Shown here piece by piece: positions 10,027 to 20,265 of a DNA stretch of 57,985 bases (the first letter of the stretch is position 1; every line of letters begins with the position of its first letter). The DNA lies in IMG/VR virus record IMGVR_UViG_3300031812_000004, positions 1 through 57,985 of that record; one strand, given 5' to 3'. Below the pieces are notes generated by a model. That model ran no database searches. It worked only from the letters and a program-made list of their open reading frames with translations, and was not told the DNA's origin. Source of the DNA: a virus. Its lineage: Duplodnaviria > Caudoviricetes. The position numbers and the translations under genes are program-made.

Positions 10027-12381
10027 TCAATCAAATAATGTTGAACTTTTTACTTTTCTAGAACTGTTTATTATATTGTCGGATATTTCCTGTATAAATT
10101 TTAAAGAACTGTACTTTATAAAGATATCTTTTAAATCATTGTAGTTACCTTTATATTCTTCCAATACATCATCAATTAGCAAAGAACATTGATTTTTGGT
10201 TTTGTGTATAAGAGATCTTTTGTTTGTGTTTATCCTTACTATGTATCCTATCTTACCTTGTATATCGATTCCTTTTTCTGAAAGTTCTTTTGACAGGTTA
10301 TCTATGTTCTTAAAATCTACCATTATGTATCTTAATATTTTCCTACGCAGGGAATGCGTTTCTCCTGTCTTTGGATCTATAAGATACATCTCACTTTTTT
10401 TGTTCCTCCTCAACATTCCTAAATGGTCAAATAATCTTTTGTTCTTTTGTATAGTTATGATAGGATTTATGTTATGAACAAAATAGTTTATAACTGCTTT
10501 ACTTGCCAGTAAAAAAGAATAGTTTCTGTGGAGATCTGATATACTGACATCGTGTGTATAAAAGTCTCCTTTTGTTTTTATAGAATACTCTGTTCCTTTT
10601 TTGACAAAATCTGTAAGTATATTTTCATATATGTTAATGTTTGTTAAATCTGTGTCTTCTTTTTCGGTAGGTTTCGCTTTAATTGCTATATAATTATTTA
10701 CGTTTGTTATAATCATTTTTGTATATTCGTCTGTTTCAAAGGTAAGATCAAATCTTTTACCGAATTCTTCTATATCTTTCAGTATAGAATCTTTATCTTT
10801 CTTTTCTATTACAATTTCTCCGCCATCAGTATTTATCATTACAGGATATATGGTATATTTGTCTGACAGTTCTTCTATAAGGTTAATAAGTATCAGCTGA
10901 CCGTTTACAGTTACGGAATAGAAAAATTCATAGTCAAATATATCGCTGGTTCTGCTTTTACTATCCCCTATTATTGAGTTCAGACAGTCCTTATAGACAC
11001 GATTCAGTGATGTTCCTTTCGGATACATAAACCTTTTTTCTTTTATACCGGAATATACTTTTATAAACTCTTTACCTAATGGTTTTGGATATAATTTGTT
11101 GGCTATCACTATGCTTGGATAGTAACTGGCAACATCAAAAGTTATAATAGAATATTTATCATTTTTAACGTATATTCCCGGATTACATCCGTGAACACCA
11201 CCTAGTCCAAGAGAACATGTGATGGTGTTACTGTAATCTTCATGTTCAGGAGCGTTAGTGTTTATGGTATATTCTTTTTTATATCCGTTTGTATCTGCTT
11301 CTTCGCCTTCTTTGGTATTCCTGGTTTTTGCGGTAGAAACATATACAATAGTATTTTTGATGTCTTCAAATGTATTTATATCTTTAAGTTTTATTTTTTT
11401 CAGTATTATGTTTTCTAATTTCAGTGATTCCAAATCACCTGAATATAATTCCTTGCGTTTTCTTTTTATCTCAAATATTTTACTTATGCTGAAATCTGTT
11501 ATTTCTTTGTATAATGTCAGTACACCGAATTGAGTTCTGTTGGTTTTTAACGCTCTGTTAATTTCACCAAACACCTGATCTTCTATTCTTCCGTCAACAG
11601 AACGTTGTTCAATCCACTTTTTCCATATATCTATCCTGTCTTTTATATCTGTTTCAGTAATATCATATATTTTCATCGTTTCTTTTACATCATTAACGCA
11701 ATACCGAATTGTTTCGGAAATTCTTATTTTATTTTCTTCTTCGTTGTCTGTGAGTAATGGCTGACTGAAATCATATTTACTTTCTATAATTATATCAGCA
11801 TTGGTGTTTGCCGATAACCATTTTAAAGAAGCAGATCGTTGTTCATTGTCCCATCCGTTTATCTTGTATATGTCTATAGTGGGAACAATTCTTATATCTT
11901 CTGTAAGCTTATTTACAATTTTAACAAAGATTTCAGGATTTATATTTTTAAATCTCTGATTTCTTGCTTTTTCTGATAAATTTATAATATCATATACTTT
12001 ATTGTTTCCTATCAGAAAGGTGTTATATTCATTTAAAGCATCCAATATCTTATTAACATCTTTGCTTTCTATGTTTTTCAGATACAAATATAAAAACATT
12101 ATTACAGGAAGATCATAGTTATAGTTATTAAATCCTACAGTAACATAATCAATATTATTTATATCTTTTATTACATGTTTTGCTGTATTTCGTATGTATT
12201 TTACAAACAATTTTTCACATATTTTAAGAAACAGATTTACATTATAATCTGTTTCTTCTTGTTTCTGTTTCTTATGTATTTGTATAATAACTTCTTTATT
12301 ATTGTCTTTGCTTATAAATACTCCAAGAAAATAATCCTTAAAAACTTCTACATCAAAAAATATCAGTTTCAGTAGCTCCAT
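10027..12381 (-). CDS. polB: family B DNA polymerase (crAss-like type)
   Basis: ExoI FDVEVF, ExoII GFNNYNYD, ExoIII YCVNDV, GLGGVHG, motif A FDVASYYPS, motif B KDCLNSIIG, TVNGQL, motif C INTDGG. Confidence 0.9.
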   Translation of the reverse strand: MELLKLIFFDVEVFKDYFLGVFISKDNNKEVIIQIHKKQKQEETDYNVNLFLKICEKLFVKYIRNTAKHVIKDINNIDYVTVGFNNYNYDLPVIMFLYLYLKNIESKDVNKILDALNEYNTFLIGNNKVYDIINLSEKARNQRFKNINPEIFVKIVNKLTEDIRIVPTIDIYKINGWDNEQRSASLKWLSANTNADIIIESKYDFSQPLLTDNEEENKIRISETIRYCVNDVKETMKIYDITETDIKDRIDIWKKWIEQRSVDGRIEDQVFGEINRALKTNRTQFGVLTLYKEITDFSISKIFEIKRKRKELYSGDLESLKLENIILKKIKLKDINTFEDIKNTIVYVSTAKTRNTKEGEEADTNGYKKEYTINTNAPEHEDYSNTITCSLGLGGVHGCNPGIYVKNDKYSIITFDVASYYPSIVIANKLYPKPLGKEFIKVYSGIKEKRFMYPKGTSLNRVYKDCLNSIIGDSKSRTSDIFDYEFFYSVTVNGQLILINLIEELSDKYTIYPVMINTDGGEIVIEKKDKDSILKDIEEFGKRFDLTFETDEYTKMIITNVNNYIAIKAKPTEKEDTDLTNINIYENILTDFVKKGTEYSIKTKGDFYTHDVSISDLHRNYSFLLASKAVINYFVHNINPIITIQKNKRLFDHLGMLRRNKKSEMYLIDPKTGETHSLRRKILRYIMVDFKNIDNLSKELSEKGIDIQGKIGYIVRINTNKRSLIHKTKNQCSLLIDDVLEEYKGNYNDLKDIFIKYSSLKFIQEISDNIINSSRKVKSSTLFD

Positions 12382-13496
12382 TGTAATATTTGTTTTATAG
12401 TTGTATCATTATGATTTTTTATTATGTCTGATATGTCTTTGTTGTTTTTTACATCTATTTGGTTCATGATGTGAATGTTTAATGGTATAATGTTTTTATT
12501 TTCCTTTGAAACCTGTAATGAAATATTATATCCATGTTCATCCATATCATAAAGAAGATAATATACAAAATTCATATTAAAACATTCAATAAGTTTTTCT
12601 TTTAGTTTTTCTTTTATGTTTTTTTCTATTTCGTTTGTATTAAAATTGAATTCACTTAATGTAGAAACGACAATAGTGTTTTTATATTTGTTTCTTTTCA
12701 GGAAAGAATACAGACATACAGCATCTTTTATAGCTCCGGTTATATAAACATTTATATCTGTTATATCTTTATCTTTTATAATGTTGTTGCAATATACATT
12801 AAACATCTTACCTTTTGAAAGATTTCTGAAATACTTCTGTTTGTCTGTGGAAAGTTCTTTTGGTATATATACTTGAATAAGACTTCCTCTATCATTAAAA
12901 TATCCTATTATACCTTTTTTTGTCTTATCGTCTAAACGTTCTTCTTTAATAATTACATTGCTGATAGCAAATACATTACATTCTTCAAGATCTTTTTCAC
13001 AAACTTTATATTTGTTAAAATATTCCAAAATGTATTTATTGTATGAAGATATCTGATATTCACATCGTTCTATTGAAACTTCTTTCTGTATTACTATTTT
13101 TTTGTAATCTTTATGTTTGTTAAAATATTCGTTAAGTTTCAACGGATACTCTTTTAATACACTTTTATTTATCAGATTTATACTGATTCTTTTTTTGGAA
13201 AGGTTTTCTATAAAATCTTTGTATTCTTCCTTTGGTTTTAATTGTTTTGGTTTTAATGTTATATAATCCAGAAGCAGTTTCTGACCGTTGCCCTGATTAC
13301 CGGAACTGAAATCCTTAAACTTTAAACAATTACAGGTTTTATCTGTATATATATACATTGAAGGAGTTTTTTCATAATTGTATATACTGTAAAATCTTAT
13401 TCCTGGATACAAACTGAATATCTCGTGAATAATAAAATTACTTATAGTTATAATAGTATTTTGATCTTTAATATCAAGATCTGATAGTGTTATCAT
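12369..13496 (-). CDS. DnaG-like (Toprim) DNA primase, divergent
   Basis: EKTPSM..FKDFSSGNQG N-terminal motif, ITGAIKDAVCL and LLYDMDEHG Toprim motifs, KDISD; adjacent to polB. Confidence 0.8.
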   Translation of the reverse strand: MITLSDLDIKDQNTIITISNFIIHEIFSLYPGIRFYSIYNYEKTPSMYIYTDKTCNCLKFKDFSSGNQGNGQKLLLDYITLKPKQLKPKEEYKDFIENLSKKRISINLINKSVLKEYPLKLNEYFNKHKDYKKIVIQKEVSIERCEYQISSYNKYILEYFNKYKVCEKDLEECNVFAISNVIIKEERLDDKTKKGIIGYFNDRGSLIQVYIPKELSTDKQKYFRNLSKGKMFNVYCNNIIKDKDITDINVYITGAIKDAVCLYSFLKRNKYKNTIVVSTLSEFNFNTNEIEKNIKEKLKEKLIECFNMNFVYYLLYDMDEHGYNISLQVSKENKNIIPLNIHIMNQIDVKNNKDISDIIKNHNDTTIKQILQWSY

Positions 13497-14064
13497 TTTT
13501 TATGGTTTCATCTTCATCTTCTATTATTTCATAGCAGGAAGTTATAAAAATCCCTTCGTAGTTTTTGTATTTAAGTAAATAAATAAACTCTTTCATATTC
13601 ATATACATGTCTTCGTTTGTATAGAAATAGAATAGATTCATTTCTTTATTTACTTTAAATATCTTTTCAGGAATGTAATCAAACAAATATTTATTGGCAT
13701 CTATAATTATTTCCTTTTTGAGTCTCCTGTTAACCGATGTAACATATTTTAACATTTTTTGCATTAGTTTGTTGCTAAGTATGTACACCTGTATTTTTTT
13801 ATTGTTTATCTTTATAGTTTCAGGGTATGCTTTGTAAACTATTGATTTTTTGCTTTTTATTGCACGACCTGTAAAGCTGTTAAGATAATACTGCATTTCT
13901 TCATAGCTTACTTTCCTTATTAGTTCAGCTCCTGAAAGCATTTTAATCCTGCTTGTGTGGTCTTCTTCTATAAAACGTCTTATACTGCCTTCATCGTAAT
14001 TGCTTGCATCATTTACGATGAAGGCTTTAAATATAGCTTTCTTGTCGTCAACAATGTTTATCAT
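13474..14064 (-). CDS. hypothetical protein
   Basis: 196-aa ORF in the replication operon. Confidence 0.6.
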   Translation of the reverse strand: MINIVDDKKAIFKAFIVNDASNYDEGSIRRFIEEDHTSRIKMLSGAELIRKVSYEEMQYYLNSFTGRAIKSKKSIVYKAYPETIKINNKKIQVYILSNKLMQKMLKYVTSVNRRLKKEIIIDANKYLFDYIPEKIFKVNKEMNLFYFYTNEDMYMNMKEFIYLLKYKNYEGIFITSCYEIIEDEDETIKNDNTIRS

Positions 14065-14073
14065 ATATCAGAT

Positions 14074-14706
14074 TTAAAAAGGAAGGTCATCTAACGAACT
14101 CAAACCTATTTTCTCTTCTGTATTTTGATTTTCTTTTATGTTGTTGTTTTCATTTACAGGTGTTTGACCTTTTACTTCTTCTTTTGCTTCGGGTTTTACA
14201 TAAGGTTTGTAATTTATATCTGACATTTTTGAAGAAAATACTACTGTATTTCCAAAACAGGCAGGTATACATAAAAACTCGTATCCTGATTTTGACTTTC
14301 TTTTCTCAATATACATGGCACATCTTCCTTTATAGTTTATATTCTTTTTAAACTTTTCTATAAGTTCAAATATGGTATTACCGTTTATATTCTTCGTTTC
14401 TTCAGGTTGATATGCTACTCTTATACCAATCTGTTTTAATTTGTTTACTAAATCCACAATGAGATGGCTCTGCGGATCAGGATTAAAATTGTCTTCCTTG
14501 TTTATAAAGAATGGTGTTAGTTTAACAAACTTATAGTTCACATTATTTATACTGATATCCATTGTTATATCAAAGAACTCACATTTCTGTCCAACTCTTG
14601 ATTCCATCCTGATATCATTTATAGTTGCTATATAAACACCGTCTTTAAATCCGCTGAGAAAAGATGGCTTTCTTTCAGATGAATTATTATCTCCAAGACC
14701 TATCAT
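14074..14706 (-). CDS. probable single-stranded DNA-binding protein
   Basis: GVYIATINDI beta-rich N-terminus, disordered linker, acidic LDDLPF C-terminal tip; follows an AAA_24 ATPase. Confidence 0.65.
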   Translation of the reverse strand: MIGLGDNNSSERKPSFLSGFKDGVYIATINDIRMESRVGQKCEFFDITMDISINNVNYKFVKLTPFFINKEDNFNPDPQSHLIVDLVNKLKQIGIRVAYQPEETKNINGNTIFELIEKFKKNINYKGRCAMYIEKRKSKSGYEFLCIPACFGNTVVFSSKMSDINYKPYVKPEAKEEVKGQTPVNENNNIKENQNTEEKIGLSSLDDLPF

Positions 14707-14725
14707 GGTTTTTATTTTATTATTT

Positions 14726-15496
14726 TTATTTATTTACTTCCAACTTTTTATAAACGTTATTCCAGTAAGTTTTTATAGTTCCATCATCTGTCTTTTCTGA
14801 TATGGTCAATATTCTTCCGCTTAGATCTTCTAACTGACATCCAGCCAGGTATTCGTTATTAGTTACAAAACTTAGTTCTACTTTGTTGTTATTTCTTTTT
14901 GCATATCCTATGGCACCTGCTCTCACAGAAAGTGCTGACTTGATATTTGCAGGAAGGTCAATATCTTTAAATCTTATATCGTATCCTCCAATAGTATCTA
15001 CTACCGTGTCTTTACTGTGAGCAATCCATATATAATTCTTTGGAAGTTTAAATTTAGTATCATCATCCAAAAAGTCCATTATATTTACCAGTGCTTCCTT
15101 TACATAACCATATCCTGCTCCTTTCGGTAGGTTCAGAATATCTTTATATTCATGTTTTAATGTCGTAAACCAGTTCTTTCCCATGCTTGTAGAAGAAAAT
15201 ATCTCTTCTGCTTTTTCTTTCAGAACTTCAAGCATAGTAGTTACGGTATCAAATACTACAAATCTGAACCTTGTATCACTCATTAAATCTTTAAGAACTT
15301 CTTTAAGTTCGTCATACTTTCTTATTCTTACCTTATAGCCTTCCACGTAATCTATACCTTTTTCAAAACCAATTATAAGACAGTCAGGTAATTGACTGCA
15401 GATGGTTGTTTTTCCTATTTTAGGCAACCCGTATATAACCAAATGTCTTAGATCATCGGTTGCTTTTGCCGGTGTTTTCTGAATTGACTCCAACAT
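14726..15496 (-). CDS. AAA_24 / Sak4-like ATPase (ssDNA-annealing/recombination)
   Basis: IYGLPKIGKTT Walker A, VVFDTVT Walker B, GAGYG, WIAHSKD. Confidence 0.8.
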   Translation of the reverse strand: MLESIQKTPAKATDDLRHLVIYGLPKIGKTTICSQLPDCLIIGFEKGIDYVEGYKVRIRKYDELKEVLKDLMSDTRFRFVVFDTVTTMLEVLKEKAEEIFSSTSMGKNWFTTLKHEYKDILNLPKGAGYGYVKEALVNIMDFLDDDTKFKLPKNYIWIAHSKDTVVDTIGGYDIRFKDIDLPANIKSALSVRAGAIGYAKRNNNKVELSFVTNNEYLAGCQLEDLSGRILTISEKTDDGTIKTYWNNVYKKLEVNK

Positions 15497-15606
15497 ATTG
15501 ATTTTAATTTAATTGTTTTTTTTTTCCACAAATATACATTAAATGTTTCAAAACTATTTTGTTTTTTGCAATATTTAACTGTTTTTTTTATATATATGTT
15601 TTTTTT

Positions 15607-16443
15607 TTACTTTATAAAAGCTCTTTTATCTATAAGTTTACTTAACTTTTCTATTATATTTTGGTCTTTATCTTTATTTATTACAATAGCATCATTTATT
15701 TTTATGCTTTCTTTTCCTACACGTAAACGGTGTTCTGTAAAAATGTATATATGATTAACAGTAATATATGGTTTTTCAAATATAAGAATAATTTCGTTAC
15801 TGTTATTATCGTAGTAATGATTAAATCTGATATAGATATCATCCATTATATCCTGAAAAACATCTTTTATTATTTTTTCTTCAATATTTGTATTTACATG
15901 TATGCATTGATAGTAAGTAAAGTATTCTATTTTTTGTTCTATTTTGTACGTATCTGATAATGACTTTGAAGAATTGCTTAGAACAATAAAGATACTTTTT
16001 ATTAGATTGCCTATATCATTTTTGTGTAAATGATAACGATATTTTATGTTATCTAGTAAGTGTATAACAGGTAAAAGATCATTTATAATTTTCTGTATGA
16101 CTTCTTTTTCTTTTTTATATTTTATTGTTTTTTTGAAATCTTTATACAACGTCTCATATAATTTTAGTTCAAATTCAGAAGGAGTATATAATCTGTAAGG
16201 ACCTTCTGATAAACAATTCGTAGGTATATCGACTAAAGATAATATACTGTTATTTGAAATCTTATATATGTTAATTATATATCTTGCTATTTCAAGTATT
16301 TCATAATATTCTTTCTTATTTTCTATTGCTTCCTCTATTTTACTACGATCTGCATCTTTTGTCGGACAGCAGATGTATACGTTGTTTTTATTGTCTTTAA
16401 AGAATATGTTTTTTTCGGTGTTTCTTATTATTGTTTTTGGCAT
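15607..16443 (-). CDS. unknown ~280-aa paralog family, copy 1
   Basis: Closely similar to 16458..17309 (NIFFKDN.NN.YICC, PSE.E.KLYETLYKDFK). Confidence 0.75.
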   Translation of the reverse strand: MPKTIIRNTEKNIFFKDNKNNVYICCPTKDADRSKIEEAIENKKEYYEILEIARYIINIYKISNNSILSLVDIPTNCLSEGPYRLYTPSEFELKLYETLYKDFKKTIKYKKEKEVIQKIINDLLPVIHLLDNIKYRYHLHKNDIGNLIKSIFIVLSNSSKSLSDTYKIEQKIEYFTYYQCIHVNTNIEEKIIKDVFQDIMDDIYIRFNHYYDNNSNEIILIFEKPYITVNHIYIFTEHRLRVGKESIKINDAIVINKDKDQNIIEKLSKLIDKRAFIK

Positions 16444-16457
16444 AGTTACATTAATTT

Positions 16458-17309
16458 TTATTGTTGTTTGAGTCCCAAAATAGATCTTTTATCTATAAAT
16501 TTTCTTAGTTTTTCCATTATATTTTGATCTTTCTTTTTATCTATTATGACAACATCATCTATTTTGATTATTCTTTTTTCTATATTTAGACGATGTTCAG
16601 CAAACAAATGTATCTGATTTCTTGAAAATTTAGGATTTTCTGTTATCAAAATAATTTCGTTGTTATAATTGTCATAATAATGGTTGAAACCAAAATAAAA
16701 ATTATCATTTAAGTGCTGAAGAATATCGTTTATTATTTTTTCTTCAAGATTTGTGTCTACGTATATGTGTTGATAATAAGTAAAGTAATATATTTTTTGT
16801 TTTATGTTGTATCTTTCTAAACGTGATTTAGAGGAATCAGACAAAACGGTAAAAATACTTTTTATTAAATTATTTATGTTATTTTTGTACTGATAATAAC
16901 AGTTTTTTATATTGTCTAATAAATGTATAATTGGTAAAAGATCGTTTATACTTCTTTGTATAACTCTTTTCTCTTCTTTATATTCATTCGTATTTTTGAA
17001 ATCTTTATATAATGTTTCATATAGTTTTATTTCATATTCAGATGGAATAAATATTGTATAAGGACTTTCCAATAAAAGCCTTTCAGGTACGTTGGTTGTA
17101 TATAATATACTATTATTTGAAATTTCATAAATGTTATCTATATATTTTTTTAATTCATATATTTCACCATAATCTTTTTTGGTTTCAATTGCATCTTTTA
17201 CTTTATTTCTGTCTGCACCTCTAATTAAACAGCAGATATATATATTATCATTATTATCTTTAAAGAATATATTACTTTTTGTATCACCTATTATTATTTT
17301 TGACATCAC
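16458..17309 (-). CDS. unknown ~280-aa paralog family, copy 2
   Basis: Recent duplicate of 15607..16443. Confidence 0.75.
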   Translation of the reverse strand: MMSKIIIGDTKSNIFFKDNNDNIYICCLIRGADRNKVKDAIETKKDYGEIYELKKYIDNIYEISNNSILYTTNVPERLLLESPYTIFIPSEYEIKLYETLYKDFKNTNEYKEEKRVIQRSINDLLPIIHLLDNIKNCYYQYKNNINNLIKSIFTVLSDSSKSRLERYNIKQKIYYFTYYQHIYVDTNLEEKIINDILQHLNDNFYFGFNHYYDNYNNEIILITENPKFSRNQIHLFAEHRLNIEKRIIKIDDVVIIDKKKDQNIMEKLRKFIDKRSILGLKQQ

Positions 17310-17323
17310 AACACTAATTTTTT

Positions 17324-18175
17324 TTATTTTTTATCGAAAGTTTTATTTACAAAATCACTTATTTTAACTACAAGATTTCCTTCGTTTCCCTTCTTACTTA
17401 TACTTATAGCATTTGTCATTTCTTTGTCTGTATTTGAGTCGTTTGTAACATCAAGATGTATACACCACGAATTACCTGTACTTTTTCTTTCTATTACAAC
17501 ATGTGCGTCATAACCATTAGTTGACTTTATATTTGTTACTGATAAAGATTTGTTATTTATTATCTGTGATACTATATGTTCTGTTATAAAATCTCTTATG
17601 TCTTTATTTGCAGTTACAGAACTATACGTTTTTCCGTATACAAGCAGTTTAAATCTTATATCGTTTATTCTGTATCTGTCTGCTATATCTATTATTTTTT
17701 CTGATAAATCTTTTACAATCTTTGTTTCATCTCCTTTATATGTTGTATAACAGTCTCTGAAATACTTTACGTATTCTACAACAGGTGCATAAGTTTCTTT
17801 AAGTTTTCGTATTCTTTTTTGAAAATTTTCATTATTTATCTGTTTTATTCCTTCTTTAATAAGATTCATATATTTTCTGATTTCTTTTTCATTTGGATGG
17901 TATACTCCATGTAAATTATGAATTGTATACGGATGTCCTGAAGATATATGTTCTATTTCTTTGTTGTCTTTAATTTTAAATATATCTGCATAATGATACC
18001 ATACTTCAATGTAATCTGATTTATAATCATTTTTATTTAAGCGTTGTTCTATTCTGTCTGTTATTATTATTTTTGTATCTTTTGAATTAAACACATATAC
18101 ATACAGAGTGTTTTCTTCTTCTTTGCTTCTTATAAATAGTATTTTATCTTCAGGTTTTGCTCTTTTTTTATTCAT
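17324..18175 (-). CDS. unknown ~280-aa paralog family, copy 3 (divergent)
   Basis: LFIR..LYV, YHPNEKEIRKY, VVIERK, ISKK..NLV motifs shared with neighbours. Confidence 0.7.
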   Translation of the reverse strand: MNKKRAKPEDKILFIRSKEEENTLYVYVFNSKDTKIIITDRIEQRLNKNDYKSDYIEVWYHYADIFKIKDNKEIEHISSGHPYTIHNLHGVYHPNEKEIRKYMNLIKEGIKQINNENFQKRIRKLKETYAPVVEYVKYFRDCYTTYKGDETKIVKDLSEKIIDIADRYRINDIRFKLLVYGKTYSSVTANKDIRDFITEHIVSQIINNKSLSVTNIKSTNGYDAHVVIERKSTGNSWCIHLDVTNDSNTDKEMTNAISISKKGNEGNLVVKISDFVNKTFDKK

Positions 18176-18520
18176 AATTTTTTATCATTTTTATTGGTTC
18201 AATAATTTCATCGTCTATTATTTTATCTAAAGTATTTATTTCTTTTTTGTTTATAATTATTACTTTTCTTAGTGGAACTTCTACATGAGATTTAGACATC
18301 TCAAAATAAACGTATAATTTGTTTTTGTATTTCCTTTCTATAATTATATAAATTTCGTGATGTTTTTTATATTTACTCATGTAATTGAAAAAGTATTATT
18401 ATTATAAATATTTGAAGCTATAAGATCTTTTATAAAATGTATAAACTCAACATCTATATATCCACATTTTAATGTGTAAGATAATATTTCTTTTAAATCT
18501 TGTATTTTCGTAAGTAGAAA
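18168..18520 (-). pseudogene. truncated, frameshifted copy of the paralog family (C-terminal part only)
   Basis: An upstream frame gives FIKDLIASNIYNNNTFSIT*, then a shifted frame gives MSKYKKHHEIYIIIERK; together they match IKDYIISSINTEKTLSVACIDSDKSHESFVFVERK of 18536..19411. Confidence 0.6.
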
Positions 18521-18535
18521 TTTAATTGTTTTTTT

Positions 18536-19411
18536 TTATCTGTATGTTTTAATTTGATTTAACATTTTATCTATTTTTTCTGTGTAATTCTGATCTGTTT
18601 TCTTATTTATAATTATGGTTTCACTTTCTTTAATCTTATCTCTGTTTTTATAAATTATACTGACGTTAAGATAGTATATATATTTGTTTTTCCTTTCTAC
18701 AAACACAAATGATTCATGGCTTTTGTCACTATCAATACAAGCAACAGATAAAGTTTTCTCGGTGTTTATAGATGATATTATGTAATCTTTTATACGTTGC
18801 TTTTCGTTATCCGTTTTTATAAATTCTATTTCTTTAATATATTTAAGCAATTCTTTTCTTTTTATATCTGCTTTTTTATATATGTTTTCATAAATATTTG
18901 ATCCTTCTTTTATAGTGGCGGCTAAGTTATCATCATATTTGATACATTCATATAGTATAGGTATATTCCATAAACTTTCAGTTATTTTTTCATATTTTTT
19001 TCCTGTATAATATGCTTTACTTTTTATATTTGATTCCTTAATTTCTTTAAGAAGTTCTTTATACATAACTTCATACTTTTTAATTTCTTCTTTTGTCGGG
19101 TAAAATTCTTCATACTTTTTGATATCACTAAATAAGAAATCATTATAATATACATACGATAGTTTTTTAAATCCTTGTTCGGTTTTTTTTGTTTCGAAAA
19201 CAAACATTTTATTCTTCATAGAAATTATTAAATTCTTATAATTACCAGGTATTCTGTTTTCAATATTATTTGCATTAGTAAATAAACTTATTATTCCTTT
19301 AATGTCAAAATAACATATACGTACATTTTCTTTTTTTTCTTTATTCCTGAAGAATGCAACTTTTTTAAGATCTTTAAATATATTTCCCGGAAACAATGAT
19401 AGTGTAGGCAT
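18536..19411 (-). CDS. unknown ~280-aa paralog family, copy 4
   Basis: FFRN..VRI, FYPTKEEIKKY, VFVERK, IIINKKTDQN. Confidence 0.7.
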   Translation of the reverse strand: MPTLSLFPGNIFKDLKKVAFFRNKEKKENVRICYFDIKGIISLFTNANNIENRIPGNYKNLIISMKNKMFVFETKKTEQGFKKLSYVYYNDFLFSDIKKYEEFYPTKEEIKKYEVMYKELLKEIKESNIKSKAYYTGKKYEKITESLWNIPILYECIKYDDNLAATIKEGSNIYENIYKKADIKRKELLKYIKEIEFIKTDNEKQRIKDYIISSINTEKTLSVACIDSDKSHESFVFVERKNKYIYYLNVSIIYKNRDKIKESETIIINKKTDQNYTEKIDKMLNQIKTYR

Positions 19412-19435
19412 AAACTTTAAATTTTGTTTTTTTTT

Positions 19436-20254
19436 TTATTTAAACGTTTCTTTAAGTTCTGTTTTTATCTGATTTACTATATTTTTCTTTGTTGTCTTAT
19501 CTATAATAAATACATGTTTTGAAAATTCGTACACTTCTTTTTTACATAAAGATTTGTCAATGTACACGTAATAAGAGTTTTTATTACATTTTTCAATTAC
19601 AATATAAACATTTTCATATTCGGGAGTTGATATACTTATTATATCATGTTCAACGTCAGATGAAATTTTTGATACAATATAATCTGTCAGGAAATGTGTT
19701 ATGCTCTTGATACATCCTACATGTTTATAGTTTTTTACGTAGTCCAGCAAATTAAATTCTATGCCTGTTACACAATGTTTTTCTCTTATATCCATCAAAC
19801 ATTTTATTAAATCTGCAAGCGTTTTACTGCTGTCTTTTATGTGATTGTCAAGTATTACTTTTGCTTCTGTAATATATTCTATTGTTGGTTCGTATTTTTT
19901 TCTTAGTTTATTTATAGTTTCTTTTTTCTTTTTATTTCTTTCTTCTTTCAGGCATTGATAATATAATATCTTATAATTTTCCAGTTGATCTTTTGTAGGT
20001 TCATAGATTTTATTTTCGGTTCTGTTCAGGTATATAACTCCGTCTTTTATTAAATGGATTACGTTTTCTTTGTAGATCATATATTTTTTTGCTCTTCCTA
20101 TTCTTATAATATTTGATAAGTTGTTTTGCATATATTTTATTGTTTTTTCTTTTTGGTCTTCGTTCAACAGGTATAACATGTAAACTTTATCTTCGTCATA
20201 TATATTTCTGTAAAATAACAGATTATTTTTATTATCGAATATACTTTTAGACAT
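19436..20254 (-). CDS. unknown ~280-aa paralog family, copy 5
   Basis: LFYRN..VYM, YEPTKDQLENY, IVIEK, IIDKTTKKNI. Confidence 0.7.
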   Translation of the reverse strand: MSKSIFDNKNNLLFYRNIYDEDKVYMLYLLNEDQKEKTIKYMQNNLSNIIRIGRAKKYMIYKENVIHLIKDGVIYLNRTENKIYEPTKDQLENYKILYYQCLKEERNKKKKETINKLRKKYEPTIEYITEAKVILDNHIKDSSKTLADLIKCLMDIREKHCVTGIEFNLLDYVKNYKHVGCIKSITHFLTDYIVSKISSDVEHDIISISTPEYENVYIVIEKCNKNSYYVYIDKSLCKKEVYEFSKHVFIIDKTTKKNIVNQIKTELKETFK

Positions 20255-20265
20255 AGCAAACTGAT

